A stretch of 64,000 nt of DNA from a virus (taxonomy: Duplodnaviria > Heunggongvirae > Uroviricota > Caudoviricetes), in IMG/VR virus record IMGVR_UViG_3300028413_000003, positions 187,141 through 251,140 of that record; one strand, written 5' to 3'. Below the pieces are notes generated by a model, which saw only the letters and a program-made list of their open reading frames with translations, made no database searches and was not told where the DNA came from. This document shows positions 20,344 to 28,812 of the stretch, one piece after another. Position 1 is the stretch's first letter; each line of letters opens with the position of its first letter. A program made the translations under genes and the position numbers.

Positions 20344-23300
20344 TAGTAAATAAAGCCTCCGGTATTAGGTAATATGGTGCCAGTTGCACTTTGTATACCA
20401 GTATTTGTTTTAGAAGCAGAGGTTACTACTGCTCCTTCTGATTTTAGGCGTTCTGCTGTGATCGAAGTGATAACCTCAACATCGTCAACAATTGCACTGC
20501 TTATAAAAATTTCATCTGATTCTAATTTAATTTCAAACAGACTTCCAAACGAGCTTGATGCATCTCGTGGCACTATTACAATGCTGCTCAGGTCTGGTGA
20601 TAAATCTTTCATGATAAAGGCGCTTAATTCACTCCAATAAAATGTTTCTCCAAAGTCCCAGTTGTCGAGTGCAAAGAAATTATTAATTGCACTTATAACA
20701 CGAGACTTTAAGTCATTGTCGTTGACAACTCTTGTTGAATTCTTTACAATTTTAAATACTGCCTGCATAATAGGTTCACTTTTATTTCCAAATAAAACTC
20801 TGTATTTTACTGGTTGATATATTATTTCGTCACTGATACTTTTAACCTTGTTAATTTCGCTACCGTAGCTTCTAAACAACTGATCGCTGCTAGGCGGCAT
20901 AGGACGGTCGGTTACTATATTATTTAAATATTGTCTAAATATAGTATCGTATTGTCTTGTGAGTATATATGTATCAATTATGTTTGTACTACTAGGATCA
21001 ATTCTGGTATTTTCGTCAGTGGCGTGATTGTACTGAAACTTCAGCGCTTCTCTACCAGTGTACGATTTATAATCAAACAATGTGGTTAATAGTCTTGTTT
21101 GGCTGTTTAACTGTCTAAAGATATTGTCGGCTGCAATGTAGTATATAGGATTGCCAATTGCTTGAGTGTTTACAAGGCTCGAATTGGAAACTGTTACAAT
21201 GTTTTCGTCAGACGAATTAACATATACTTCAAATTGGTTGTTGTTTATAACAACTTTCTTTGTAAAAATGTAGTTGTTCAAGTTGACGATTTGCTCAAAG
21301 ATGTCAGGATCGTCTACTACGCCGTCATCATCGGAATCAAAGAACGTAACTTCGATTTTTTTACTGTCAACATATCCGCCTGCATCTCTGTATTCACCAG
21401 ATACTTCCCATTCAAAATCTCGAGTAAATGCAGTAGTTCCAGGTGCTGTGTTTATGTCAGTGTTAATACTTAAAATAGAGATTTTATCTCTAATAATTTT
21501 TCCAGTTTTGCTGTCGTAGATTTTCTTGGCGCTGTCAAAATAAAATCTAACCTCGGTATCGCTTTCAAAGATATATCTAGTATTTCGATATGTAACGTCG
21601 TAAGTTGTACCATTTGTTTCAAACAATACAATCCAACTACTATCGAGCTGTTGTCCAGAAGTGTCGCCTGCTAATCCTAGATTGAAGTCTTGTACAATAT
21701 TTAAATTTTCTTGTGTTACAACTGCCCATGCTCTGTTGTTTCTATCATATCTAAGTCCAAAAGTTCTGTATGCAAATGCGTTGTCGATAATTTGTAATTT
21801 AACATTGTCTGTTAAATCTCTCACAAACTTGGGTTTGATTTCGTTTAATATAGACCGATCTGGAATAACATCGTTGAACACAATTGGACCAAGCCCAGAG
21901 TTTAGTATTTCTGTTCCATTGGCTGATACACTTATAACTTTTGACCACATATAGGATTTTGTTCCAGGAGCAGTTAAATCAGTTGTTAGTTTTTCGTTGA
22001 GAAACGCTGATCCAACTGGAGGAATAAACTTGACCATTGCACCGGGTTCAAAAAATCTAAGCGGACCTTCTGTAAAAGCACCAATAGCATAAATTATACC
22101 ATTGTCGTCATTGATTAGTCCAGTTGACCGATTGGTAGATGATGTTATGCTATTCCAAGAAAGATTTGATTCATTGTAGTTTTGATTAAAGTATTTTGTT
22201 AGATAGAAATTCTTAACATTTTTGTTCTGAAGTATATTTGTAATTGTGTTTTCGACTTCGCTCTCAATGTCTGTTCGTGTACGGAATTTAAAAGTTGTCT
22301 TGCTTTCGATATTTTCCTTGTACAGAACACCGTCTGTGCCAAAGAGATTTGTGTTACTATACTTTCCGGTAGCATCAAGAATGTCATAATTTCGACTAAT
22401 TCCGCTAGCAGTTCTGTTTACAGCTTTTACCTTGATTATATCTTGACTTATTCCAAGGGGCCCGACATTGTAATCTTCAGCAGTGATTAATCTATTTTGT
22501 GTGTAGTAAGTCGACGGTGCATTTGCTTTAATACTGTCAATAGTTTCGGTGCTAACAGCATTATTAACCGCTACTTTAAGATCAAGTGTAACAGTTAGGG
22601 TTTCGGGCTTGTTTGCATTGCTGAGATAAGGAATTCTAACAGTAACGTTTGTCATGTTAGGCGGAAGTATTGTATAATCGCTGTTTGAACTGATTCTGTA
22701 ATACGACCTAAATTGTCCCTTTGGAAGATCGCCAAAAATGCCGTCTGCAAACACCAACGACACTCTATCACCAGTTCTTGTTAACACGCTGTAAATACTT
22801 CTAATTTTTTTATTCAAACTGTTAAATACTACATTGTTGCCTTCAACTGCGTCAACTTTATCCCACAGCTTACCTTCACGTCCGTTGCTGTCGAGCTTGT
22901 AAAGCCATACATCTGTTTGATTGATGTTCTCGGCGTCTATGTCAACTTTCTGATTTGGCACAGCCGAGTCAATATTAAAGTCTCCTCTTTGCAGTGTACC
23001 TTGTCTAAATTGTGCAAAAAATCCAGTGGTGTTGCTGCCAGGGCCCTGGCCGTTGTCTCTGTACAAGAAGCTAAATTGGCTACCCGGCAGAGGCGCTTCC
23101 TCTGCAATTTCTCCGTTTACAATTCCAGTACTTACGATTTCAAAATCCAAAGTTCTGCTGTTAACAGGCTTGGAAAATGTAAACACAGATACATTGTTTG
23201 AAATATTATTCAACCGATATTGTTCGGTTGCAACTCCGGCAACGCTGTCAGATTTTACAGGCGTTCCAAAAGTATTTTGCACAGGAAGTCCGGCATTTAA

Positions 23301-23777
23301 AATCTTAGTAAATTGCTCAAACCAATCTGGATTGGTTGTGTCATTCCAAACAACTGATCTATTTGAAAGGTTAAAACCGTTGCTGTCTATTACTTGTTCG
23401 GTTGTGCGAACGCTGGTAAATTTCAACAAGCCTTGTGCAGGACGGTTTCTTGTTGCGTTGTAACTCAAGAGATTTGCCAGGCGCAACACACTTTCTTTGC
23501 GCTCGGCTAATTCAATAAAATTTTCCCTGGCATTTAAATCAATGCGGAAACTGATATTTTGCCCAAGGAACGCAATCATATCAATTAGTGCAAGGTACTC
23601 ACTGGATTCGATATAATCATTAAAATCTTCTGGATAATTTTCACGAAGGTACTCTATCATTGTACGACGCAGATTGTCAAAGTCGTAACTTTTAAAATCA
23701 GCATACTTGAAACTCTGATAGATTGTTTTCCAATCTTCAGCTAATAGTAATCTATTTTGTCTGTCAGTGGATGACAT
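20343..23777 (-). CDS. gp6: Baseplate wedge protein, T4 gp6-like
   Basis: DFDNLRRTMIEYLR..DFNDYIESSE..LIDMIAFLG..ENFIELAERKESVLRLA, FADGIFGDLP and ETIDSIKANAPSTYYTQNRLITAEDY motifs; adjacent to gp25. Confidence 0.85.
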   Translation of the reverse strand: MSSTDRQNRLLLAEDWKTIYQSFKYADFKSYDFDNLRRTMIEYLRENYPEDFNDYIESSEYLALIDMIAFLGQNISFRIDLNARENFIELAERKESVLRLANLLSYNATRNRPAQGLLKFTSVRTTEQVIDSNGFNLSNRSVVWNDTTNPDWFEQFTKILNAGLPVQNTFGTPVKSDSVAGVATEQYRLNNISNNVSVFTFSKPVNSRTLDFEIVSTGIVNGEIAEEAPLPGSQFSFLYRDNGQGPGSNTTGFFAQFRQGTLQRGDFNIDSAVPNQKVDIDAENINQTDVWLYKLDSNGREGKLWDKVDAVEGNNVVFNSLNKKIRSIYSVLTRTGDRVSLVFADGIFGDLPKGQFRSYYRISSNSDYTILPPNMTNVTVRIPYLSNANKPETLTVTLDLKVAVNNAVSTETIDSIKANAPSTYYTQNRLITAEDYNVGPLGISQDIIKVKAVNRTASGISRNYDILDATGKYSNTNLFGTDGVLYKENIESKTTFKFRTRTDIESEVENTITNILQNKNVKNFYLTKYFNQNYNESNLSWNSITSSTNRSTGLINDDNGIIYAIGAFTEGPLRFFEPGAMVKFIPPVGSAFLNEKLTTDLTAPGTKSYMWSKVISVSANGTEILNSGLGPIVFNDVIPDRSILNEIKPKFVRDLTDNVKLQIIDNAFAYRTFGLRYDRNNRAWAVVTQENLNIVQDFNLGLAGDTSGQQLDSSWIVLFETNGTTYDVTYRNTRYIFESDTEVRFYFDSAKKIYDSKTGKIIRDKISILSINTDINTAPGTTAFTRDFEWEVSGEYRDAGGYVDSKKIEVTFFDSDDDGVVDDPDIFEQIVNLNNYIFTKKVVINNNQFEVYVNSSDENIVTVSNSSLVNTQAIGNPIYYIAADNIFRQLNSQTRLLTTLFDYKSYTGREALKFQYNHATDENTRIDPSSTNIIDTYILTRQYDTIFRQYLNNIVTDRPMPPSSDQLFRSYGSEINKVKSISDEIIYQPVKYRVLFGNKSEPIMQAVFKIVKNSTRVVNDNDLKSRVISAINNFFALDNWDFGETFYWSELSAFIMKDLSPDLSSIVIVPRDASSSFGSLFEIKLESDEIFISSAIVDDVEVITSITAERLKSEGAVVTSASKTNTGIQSATGTILPNTGGFIY

Positions 23778-23828
23778 ATTGCACTTCCTTAATTATATAA
23801 TATTTATGATAATTTTAAAGTGCGTGTA

Positions 23829-24272
23829 TTAATTTAGACCGTTTCTTTGATCAAACGAAAACTTTAATTGTTCGCTAATACTGTACTCTAAATAGGTTAA
23901 ATCGCATTCGATTTGAATACCATATTCGTAACTATCAACTGTAACCCTGTCTGCTTTGACTCTTTTATCGTAGTTGATAATTTCTGTAACGTTTTGAATA
24001 ATTGCGTCTCTTAACGAATCAGTAAGTGGTTCAAACAACACATCCCAAATAATTGTGCCAAACGCAGGATTTTCTAGTTTTTCTCCAAGTCTAATATGAA
24101 AATGGTTTATAAGATCTTGCTTGATTAGTGCCAAGTCATAAAGTTTAAATTCTTTGCTTTCAGGATTAACCGTAGAAATTCCTCTGTAAGTTCCGGCAGA
24201 AACTTTTGGATTTTCTCTTTTAGGAGGAACCACTCTTAGATTTTTATATAAATTTTTCTCTAATGAACTCAT
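23829..24272 (-). CDS. gp25: Baseplate wedge subunit, gp25-like
   Basis: LIKQDLINHFHIRLGEKLENPAFGTIIWDVLFEPL is the GPW/gp25 signature. Confidence 0.9.
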   Translation of the reverse strand: MSSLEKNLYKNLRVVPPKRENPKVSAGTYRGISTVNPESKEFKLYDLALIKQDLINHFHIRLGEKLENPAFGTIIWDVLFEPLTDSLRDAIIQNVTEIINYDKRVKADRVTVDSYEYGIQIECDLTYLEYSISEQLKFSFDQRNGLN

Positions 24273-24287
24273 ACTATATTTACCTCA

Positions 24288-25316
24288 TTACCTAGGAGCA
24301 GTGCGTGGACGAGTCGGGGCCGGTGATGTTGCACGATCTAATGCAGATTCAATACTTTCAATAAATTCAGCATCGGCAATAGTTTGAACAGTGATTGGTG
24401 CCGGCGGAGCAATTGGTCTAACATCACCCGGGGCTGCGCCCCGATACCCTGGAGCGATCGAAGTGTCATTTATAGATGATACTGCCCATTGTCGTCTAAC
24501 ATGGGTTACTCTAAAAAGAGGATTGCTTACACTGTACGGCATTGTTGTTATTTTAACAGTGTCGGCTTGGTCGCCACCGACTATTTCCATTGTACGTTCA
24601 GCAGGATTAAAACTTTTAATAAATCCAACATGTTGAATATTTACATTACTGGTAAACACAACAATATCCCACTTTTGTACATATTCTAAATCTCGCGGAC
24701 CGTGGAATCTAACAGGAATGCCGTAACTGGAAAATGAACTTGGTGCCATGGTTCTAAGTCCGGAAAATCCCGACTTTACCAAAATCCATGTGGCAAATGC
24801 TGCGCCCCACGAAAATTGTCCAGTTCCGCCATCTTCAGTAAATCCTCGTCCGGCAAATCGATATGCTTCTAATATATTTGGATTTCCAGGGTCGGCATTT
24901 AGTGTTTTCCAGTCCATTCCAGTTAATGTTTTATTGATTACAAAATCAAGAGCTTCCCACGTTCCTGGAATAATTCCAGCACTTAGCATATCAGTGTCTG
25001 AACTCGGAGGGACTATATTAACTATGGATGAACTTCCAAATGTGCCGCCACTGGATCCTTCGGATCCCAGAGACTGACTACCGTTGTTGGCAAGATCTGG
25101 AACAATAAAGTTGCCAGGGGCAGTAGTTGTATTGAATATCGAAGACAAAGATTCTGCTATTGATCCAATAGCAGATAACCCTGCTACTAATCCGACCGCG
25201 TTGGTTACACCGGATATAAAATCCGGTCCAGAATTATCAACTGCCGAACTGTCTGCATCTAGTAATGTGCTGTCTGTGCTGTCTTCCAGTGGTGTAATAT
25301 CAGCCAACTGATACAC
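24288..25316 (-). CDS. CHAP/TIGR02594-like amidase-fold protein with the catalytic Cys position occupied by Gly (start may be TTG at 25307)
   Basis: NPNILEAY...SWGAAFATWIL...WDIVVF...HVGFI...IVGGDQADTV matches the WCAAF/GDIVVF/HVGF/GGNQ pattern. Confidence 0.65.
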   Translation of the reverse strand: MYQLADITPLEDSTDSTLLDADSSAVDNSGPDFISGVTNAVGLVAGLSAIGSIAESLSSIFNTTTAPGNFIVPDLANNGSQSLGSEGSSGGTFGSSSIVNIVPPSSDTDMLSAGIIPGTWEALDFVINKTLTGMDWKTLNADPGNPNILEAYRFAGRGFTEDGGTGQFSWGAAFATWILVKSGFSGLRTMAPSSFSSYGIPVRFHGPRDLEYVQKWDIVVFTSNVNIQHVGFIKSFNPAERTMEIVGGDQADTVKITTMPYSVSNPLFRVTHVRRQWAVSSINDTSIAPGYRGAAPGDVRPIAPPAPITVQTIADAEFIESIESALDRATSPAPTRPRTAPR

Positions 25317-28300
25317 CCCTATTCAATGCAGCCATTACCCAACTATTGTTTCCGTTGCCGTATGTCCAAGACGTTATACGCCTATTCCATCCAGATGCGG
25401 TGTGGCCTCCAAGCATGTCGTAGTGATTGAGACCCGGTGCCATAGTGCTACCATTTCCGCCAATACCAACTCCGCGTCCGCCGTACCTTGCAAAGGCTGT
25501 TACAAATGCTTCCATTCTTGCTCTATCAGCTTGATTGGTCGGGACTAGCGCGCGCAATTGATCTCCGTCTAAAACCATCAAATAGGCGTCGATTGCTAGT
25601 CCAGTATCATGTCTTTCTGTGCCGTATCGCCAACCGGGGCCGCTGCTTGTACTACCGGTTCGAGTTTCAAATCTTCCAGTTGATCTATTAAGTTTTAACC
25701 ATACATCGTTAACCTCTCTTAGATCTGCATCAGGACCTGATGCCCTACTTGGGAAGGTGCGCCAGTTTGACAGAGGCAATTGGGTCGAAGTGTTGATTCT
25801 TCTAAGACATTCATTTGCAAAGCTTGTTCCTTTGATTTCATAAATTCCACTATCTCGGGCTGCTCTGTTAAGTGCAGATCGAAACTCGGGGCGAAGGGGC
25901 CCTCGTCTAATGCCTGCAGAACCTGTAATGATATCTTGCGAATTTGATGTTGTTGTTAAGTCGATAGTATCCGATTCGTTTCGTGGGCGAGCATTTGCAG
26001 CAGGATCGCTGCCGTCTTCTGTAAGTGGAGAAGACGAGATTTCAAGCGGATCAAATATAGGGGCTGTTCCTCTTCCACTTACAACAGCTCTGTATACTTC
26101 TTGAGCAGAACTTGCTCGTAGTTCCTTTACACCCTGAGTGCGGCCGCCGCCGATTGAAATTTGCGGATTGTTTGATCTTAGATAATCGTCATTGAATATT
26201 TCTGCAACACGTCTTGCTTTTATTACATTGCTGCCGGAATTTATTTGGTTAATTGATTCCAGGGTCCTAGATTCGTCGTTTTCCCATTCCCAAATTATAA
26301 CCGAAAGCTGCTCTTCAAGAGTTGTGTTTGCAGGAACTACATACACAGGCGGAACCCAATCTAGCCTGGCAGTCGGCAGTCTATTGGATCTAATACGATA
26401 TTCTGGCAAAAACGGATCAGTTATGGGTTGTTGTAATAAAGATTTTCCTAAAAACTTTTCAACATTGGTTAATCTTCCATTTGTGCCGCCACCTCGCCAT
26501 TGGCAAATTCCTCTTGCGCCATACGAACTGCTGGTATTACCCGGAATTGGGTTACTACTCGATGGCAATTTGTCGTTTGGCGGTAAGTAGGCACCGACAT
26601 TAATCTGTGTTCCCGATTCCCATATCAGCGCACCTGCAATACCTGCGCCGACCCATGTTTCAAATCCGTTGGCTTCGAAGTATTCTACTACTCGGCTGAC
26701 ATTATTGTTGTACTGGTTAAAATTGTAGCCATCAAATGATTCTTCTTCTTGATCAGATTCCCCAAATCCCGGGTTAGGTGATTGACCAGTTGACTGGTAA
26801 GACACTGCTGACCCACTAGCATTGTTTCGTCCGATGTTTAAAAAAGTATCCGGCAGTGGCAAAATATACACTTCGGCGCCTGCGGAACCTGCTCGCACAT
26901 TTGAAGCAGTTGGGTCCAAGTTTTCGTGCTGGAACCAAGGTTCGTGTTGAGGAACTCTTGCAGTAATGTCCGCTGCAGATGGCTCAGTTGGTGCTGGCCC
27001 ATCTGTCTTTGATGCAGTTCCGGGAGGAACACTATCAGTCGCAGGTTCTGCGTCTCCGGGATCAGAAGCACTGTAGGTAGGTGCAACAGCCGCTGCTCCG
27101 CTTTTACTGTTATACTTGATAGCATTAAACTCACCAGCAGGGGCTTCTACGTTGCTGGTTTTTATGGTTCCTGTTATCGAAGAGTTGCCCTCGAAGTCAA
27201 TACTACCAGACGATACACTTAAATTTGTGCTGCCAACTTCAAAATTGCCGCCAGATTTAAATGATATTCGGCCACCAGCAGATGATACAATTGCTGCGCT
27301 AGAAACTAGATCAATACTTCCTCCGCTAGCATAAAGGTTGCTGGCAGCATTTAAATGCACTGCTTCAGCAGAAACAACTCTCAGATTACTCGAATCATGT
27401 ATTTCGGGTGCAATCATTGCAACTTGTGTGCCAGCAGTAACATCAAAGTTACTCGAAGCCGACACTCTTACTGATCCTCCATCGGCAATCAAATTAACGT
27501 CTGATCCGCTGTTTATTTCAACATTTGATCCTCCCGAAACGTTGACTGATGCTGCACCCGAAGTAAGTGCCAAATCGCTGCTGCTTTTGAGAGACATATA
27601 ATCACCTGCAAGCGCAGAGAACTCTGAACTTGCCTGAAATGCAACTCTGCCAGTTGCAATTGAATCAAGGTTTCTGCCCGTGTTCCTAATATCACCGACT
27701 GCGTTTATGTTTACATTTCCTCCAGATGTTAAATTAATATTAGAATCTGCTGTTACGTTGAATTCTCCTTCGGTGTGCATACTAATACTGTCCTGCGCAT
27801 AAACATCAATTTTACCGTTTGAGGTAAGTTCAATCCATGTTGTGCCGCGTGCGTTTGCAATATAAATTAAATCTTCGGTATTGTGCAACAGTATCTGGTG
27901 CCCGGTTCTTGTTCTCAATCTAATTAATTCATTCGCTGGGCGAGTTTCGGCGCCAGGTGGTAGTGTGCTACTATCGGTTTCTCTTTCAATATACACAGGA
28001 GGACCTTCGTTAGCTGGTTGACTCCTTAATAATTTGTCGTCGCCATCATCCATAACAATGCTGGATCCGCCCAATCGGCTTCTAGGAACGTTTGCAGATG
28101 CATCAAGAGGTCCGCGAGTTGCTCTAGGAGCGCCCGGGCGTTTGTCAAGAGGGCCAGGTGTGTTTATACCAAACACCGAACTAGGAATTTCTCGACGAGC
28201 AGACGAGCTTGTCAACCCTCTGAAATCGTCTTCTAACAGTCCTTCTTCGGTTAAACTGTTGACAAAGTCTGTGTTAACCGGCTTAACATAGTTTGTGGGC

Positions 28301-28803
28301 TGGTTGTTTCCTGCTAGAGGAATCAGGCGTTTGTTGTATTCACCAACTGGCAATTTTCTTCCAGTTGCTCCGCCGCTGCCACTAGTAGATAAGGTAGTTG
28401 CTGCACGGCCATCGGGCACCATAAAGTTCATGTAGTCATCGGGCACACAAGCAAACCAATAACAAATATCTCGTCTGCCTTCAACAAATGTCACCAGCAC
28501 CTTTGTGTCAGGATCCGGTGGCACAAACCACATTCCGTAACTTTGCTGTGTGCTAGAATAATCGTCGTTTGATCCTGTGGATTTCCAGCTAGTTGACCCA
28601 TAAAATGGGCTTGCATAAAACGCAGTAACTAGTCTGTCAGTGTTGTCGTATGCTGTTCCAGAAGAATTTATTTTTAAAATTTGAACTTGTAAAGAACCCA
28701 TAAATTTATTATCAAGATGACTAACAACTTTTGCCAGATATGGTCCCGAATCCGGCAACAGAATTGCAGAATCAATTGGTCTTGTGTTTTCGTTATTACT
28801 CAT
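25300..28803 (-). CDS. gp5: Baseplate hub/central spike (gp5/VgrG-like) with lysozyme-like and M15-peptidase-like domains
   Basis: N-terminal OB-fold-like region (GPYLAKVVSHLD, YGMWFVPPD..VLVTF), beta-helix repeats (IRLRTRTGHQILLH..GTTWIELTSNGKIDVYA), GIAGALIWES...GARGICQW lysozyme motif and C-terminal RHDTGLAID...HYD. Confidence 0.75.
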   Translation of the reverse strand: MSNNENTRPIDSAILLPDSGPYLAKVVSHLDNKFMGSLQVQILKINSSGTAYDNTDRLVTAFYASPFYGSTSWKSTGSNDDYSSTQQSYGMWFVPPDPDTKVLVTFVEGRRDICYWFACVPDDYMNFMVPDGRAATTLSTSGSGGATGRKLPVGEYNKRLIPLAGNNQPTNYVKPVNTDFVNSLTEEGLLEDDFRGLTSSSARREIPSSVFGINTPGPLDKRPGAPRATRGPLDASANVPRSRLGGSSIVMDDGDDKLLRSQPANEGPPVYIERETDSSTLPPGAETRPANELIRLRTRTGHQILLHNTEDLIYIANARGTTWIELTSNGKIDVYAQDSISMHTEGEFNVTADSNINLTSGGNVNINAVGDIRNTGRNLDSIATGRVAFQASSEFSALAGDYMSLKSSSDLALTSGAASVNVSGGSNVEINSGSDVNLIADGGSVRVSASSNFDVTAGTQVAMIAPEIHDSSNLRVVSAEAVHLNAASNLYASGGSIDLVSSAAIVSSAGGRISFKSGGNFEVGSTNLSVSSGSIDFEGNSSITGTIKTSNVEAPAGEFNAIKYNSKSGAAAVAPTYSASDPGDAEPATDSVPPGTASKTDGPAPTEPSAADITARVPQHEPWFQHENLDPTASNVRAGSAGAEVYILPLPDTFLNIGRNNASGSAVSYQSTGQSPNPGFGESDQEEESFDGYNFNQYNNNVSRVVEYFEANGFETWVGAGIAGALIWESGTQINVGAYLPPNDKLPSSSNPIPGNTSSSYGARGICQWRGGGTNGRLTNVEKFLGKSLLQQPITDPFLPEYRIRSNRLPTARLDWVPPVYVVPANTTLEEQLSVIIWEWENDESRTLESINQINSGSNVIKARRVAEIFNDDYLRSNNPQISIGGGRTQGVKELRASSAQEVYRAVVSGRGTAPIFDPLEISSSPLTEDGSDPAANARPRNESDTIDLTTTSNSQDIITGSAGIRRGPLRPEFRSALNRAARDSGIYEIKGTSFANECLRRINTSTQLPLSNWRTFPSRASGPDADLREVNDVWLKLNRSTGRFETRTGSTSSGPGWRYGTERHDTGLAIDAYLMVLDGDQLRALVPTNQADRARMEAFVTAFARYGGRGVGIGGNGSTMAPGLNHYDMLGGHTASGWNRRITSWTYGNGNNSWVMAALNRGVSVG

Positions 28804-28812
28804 CTTTGTTCC

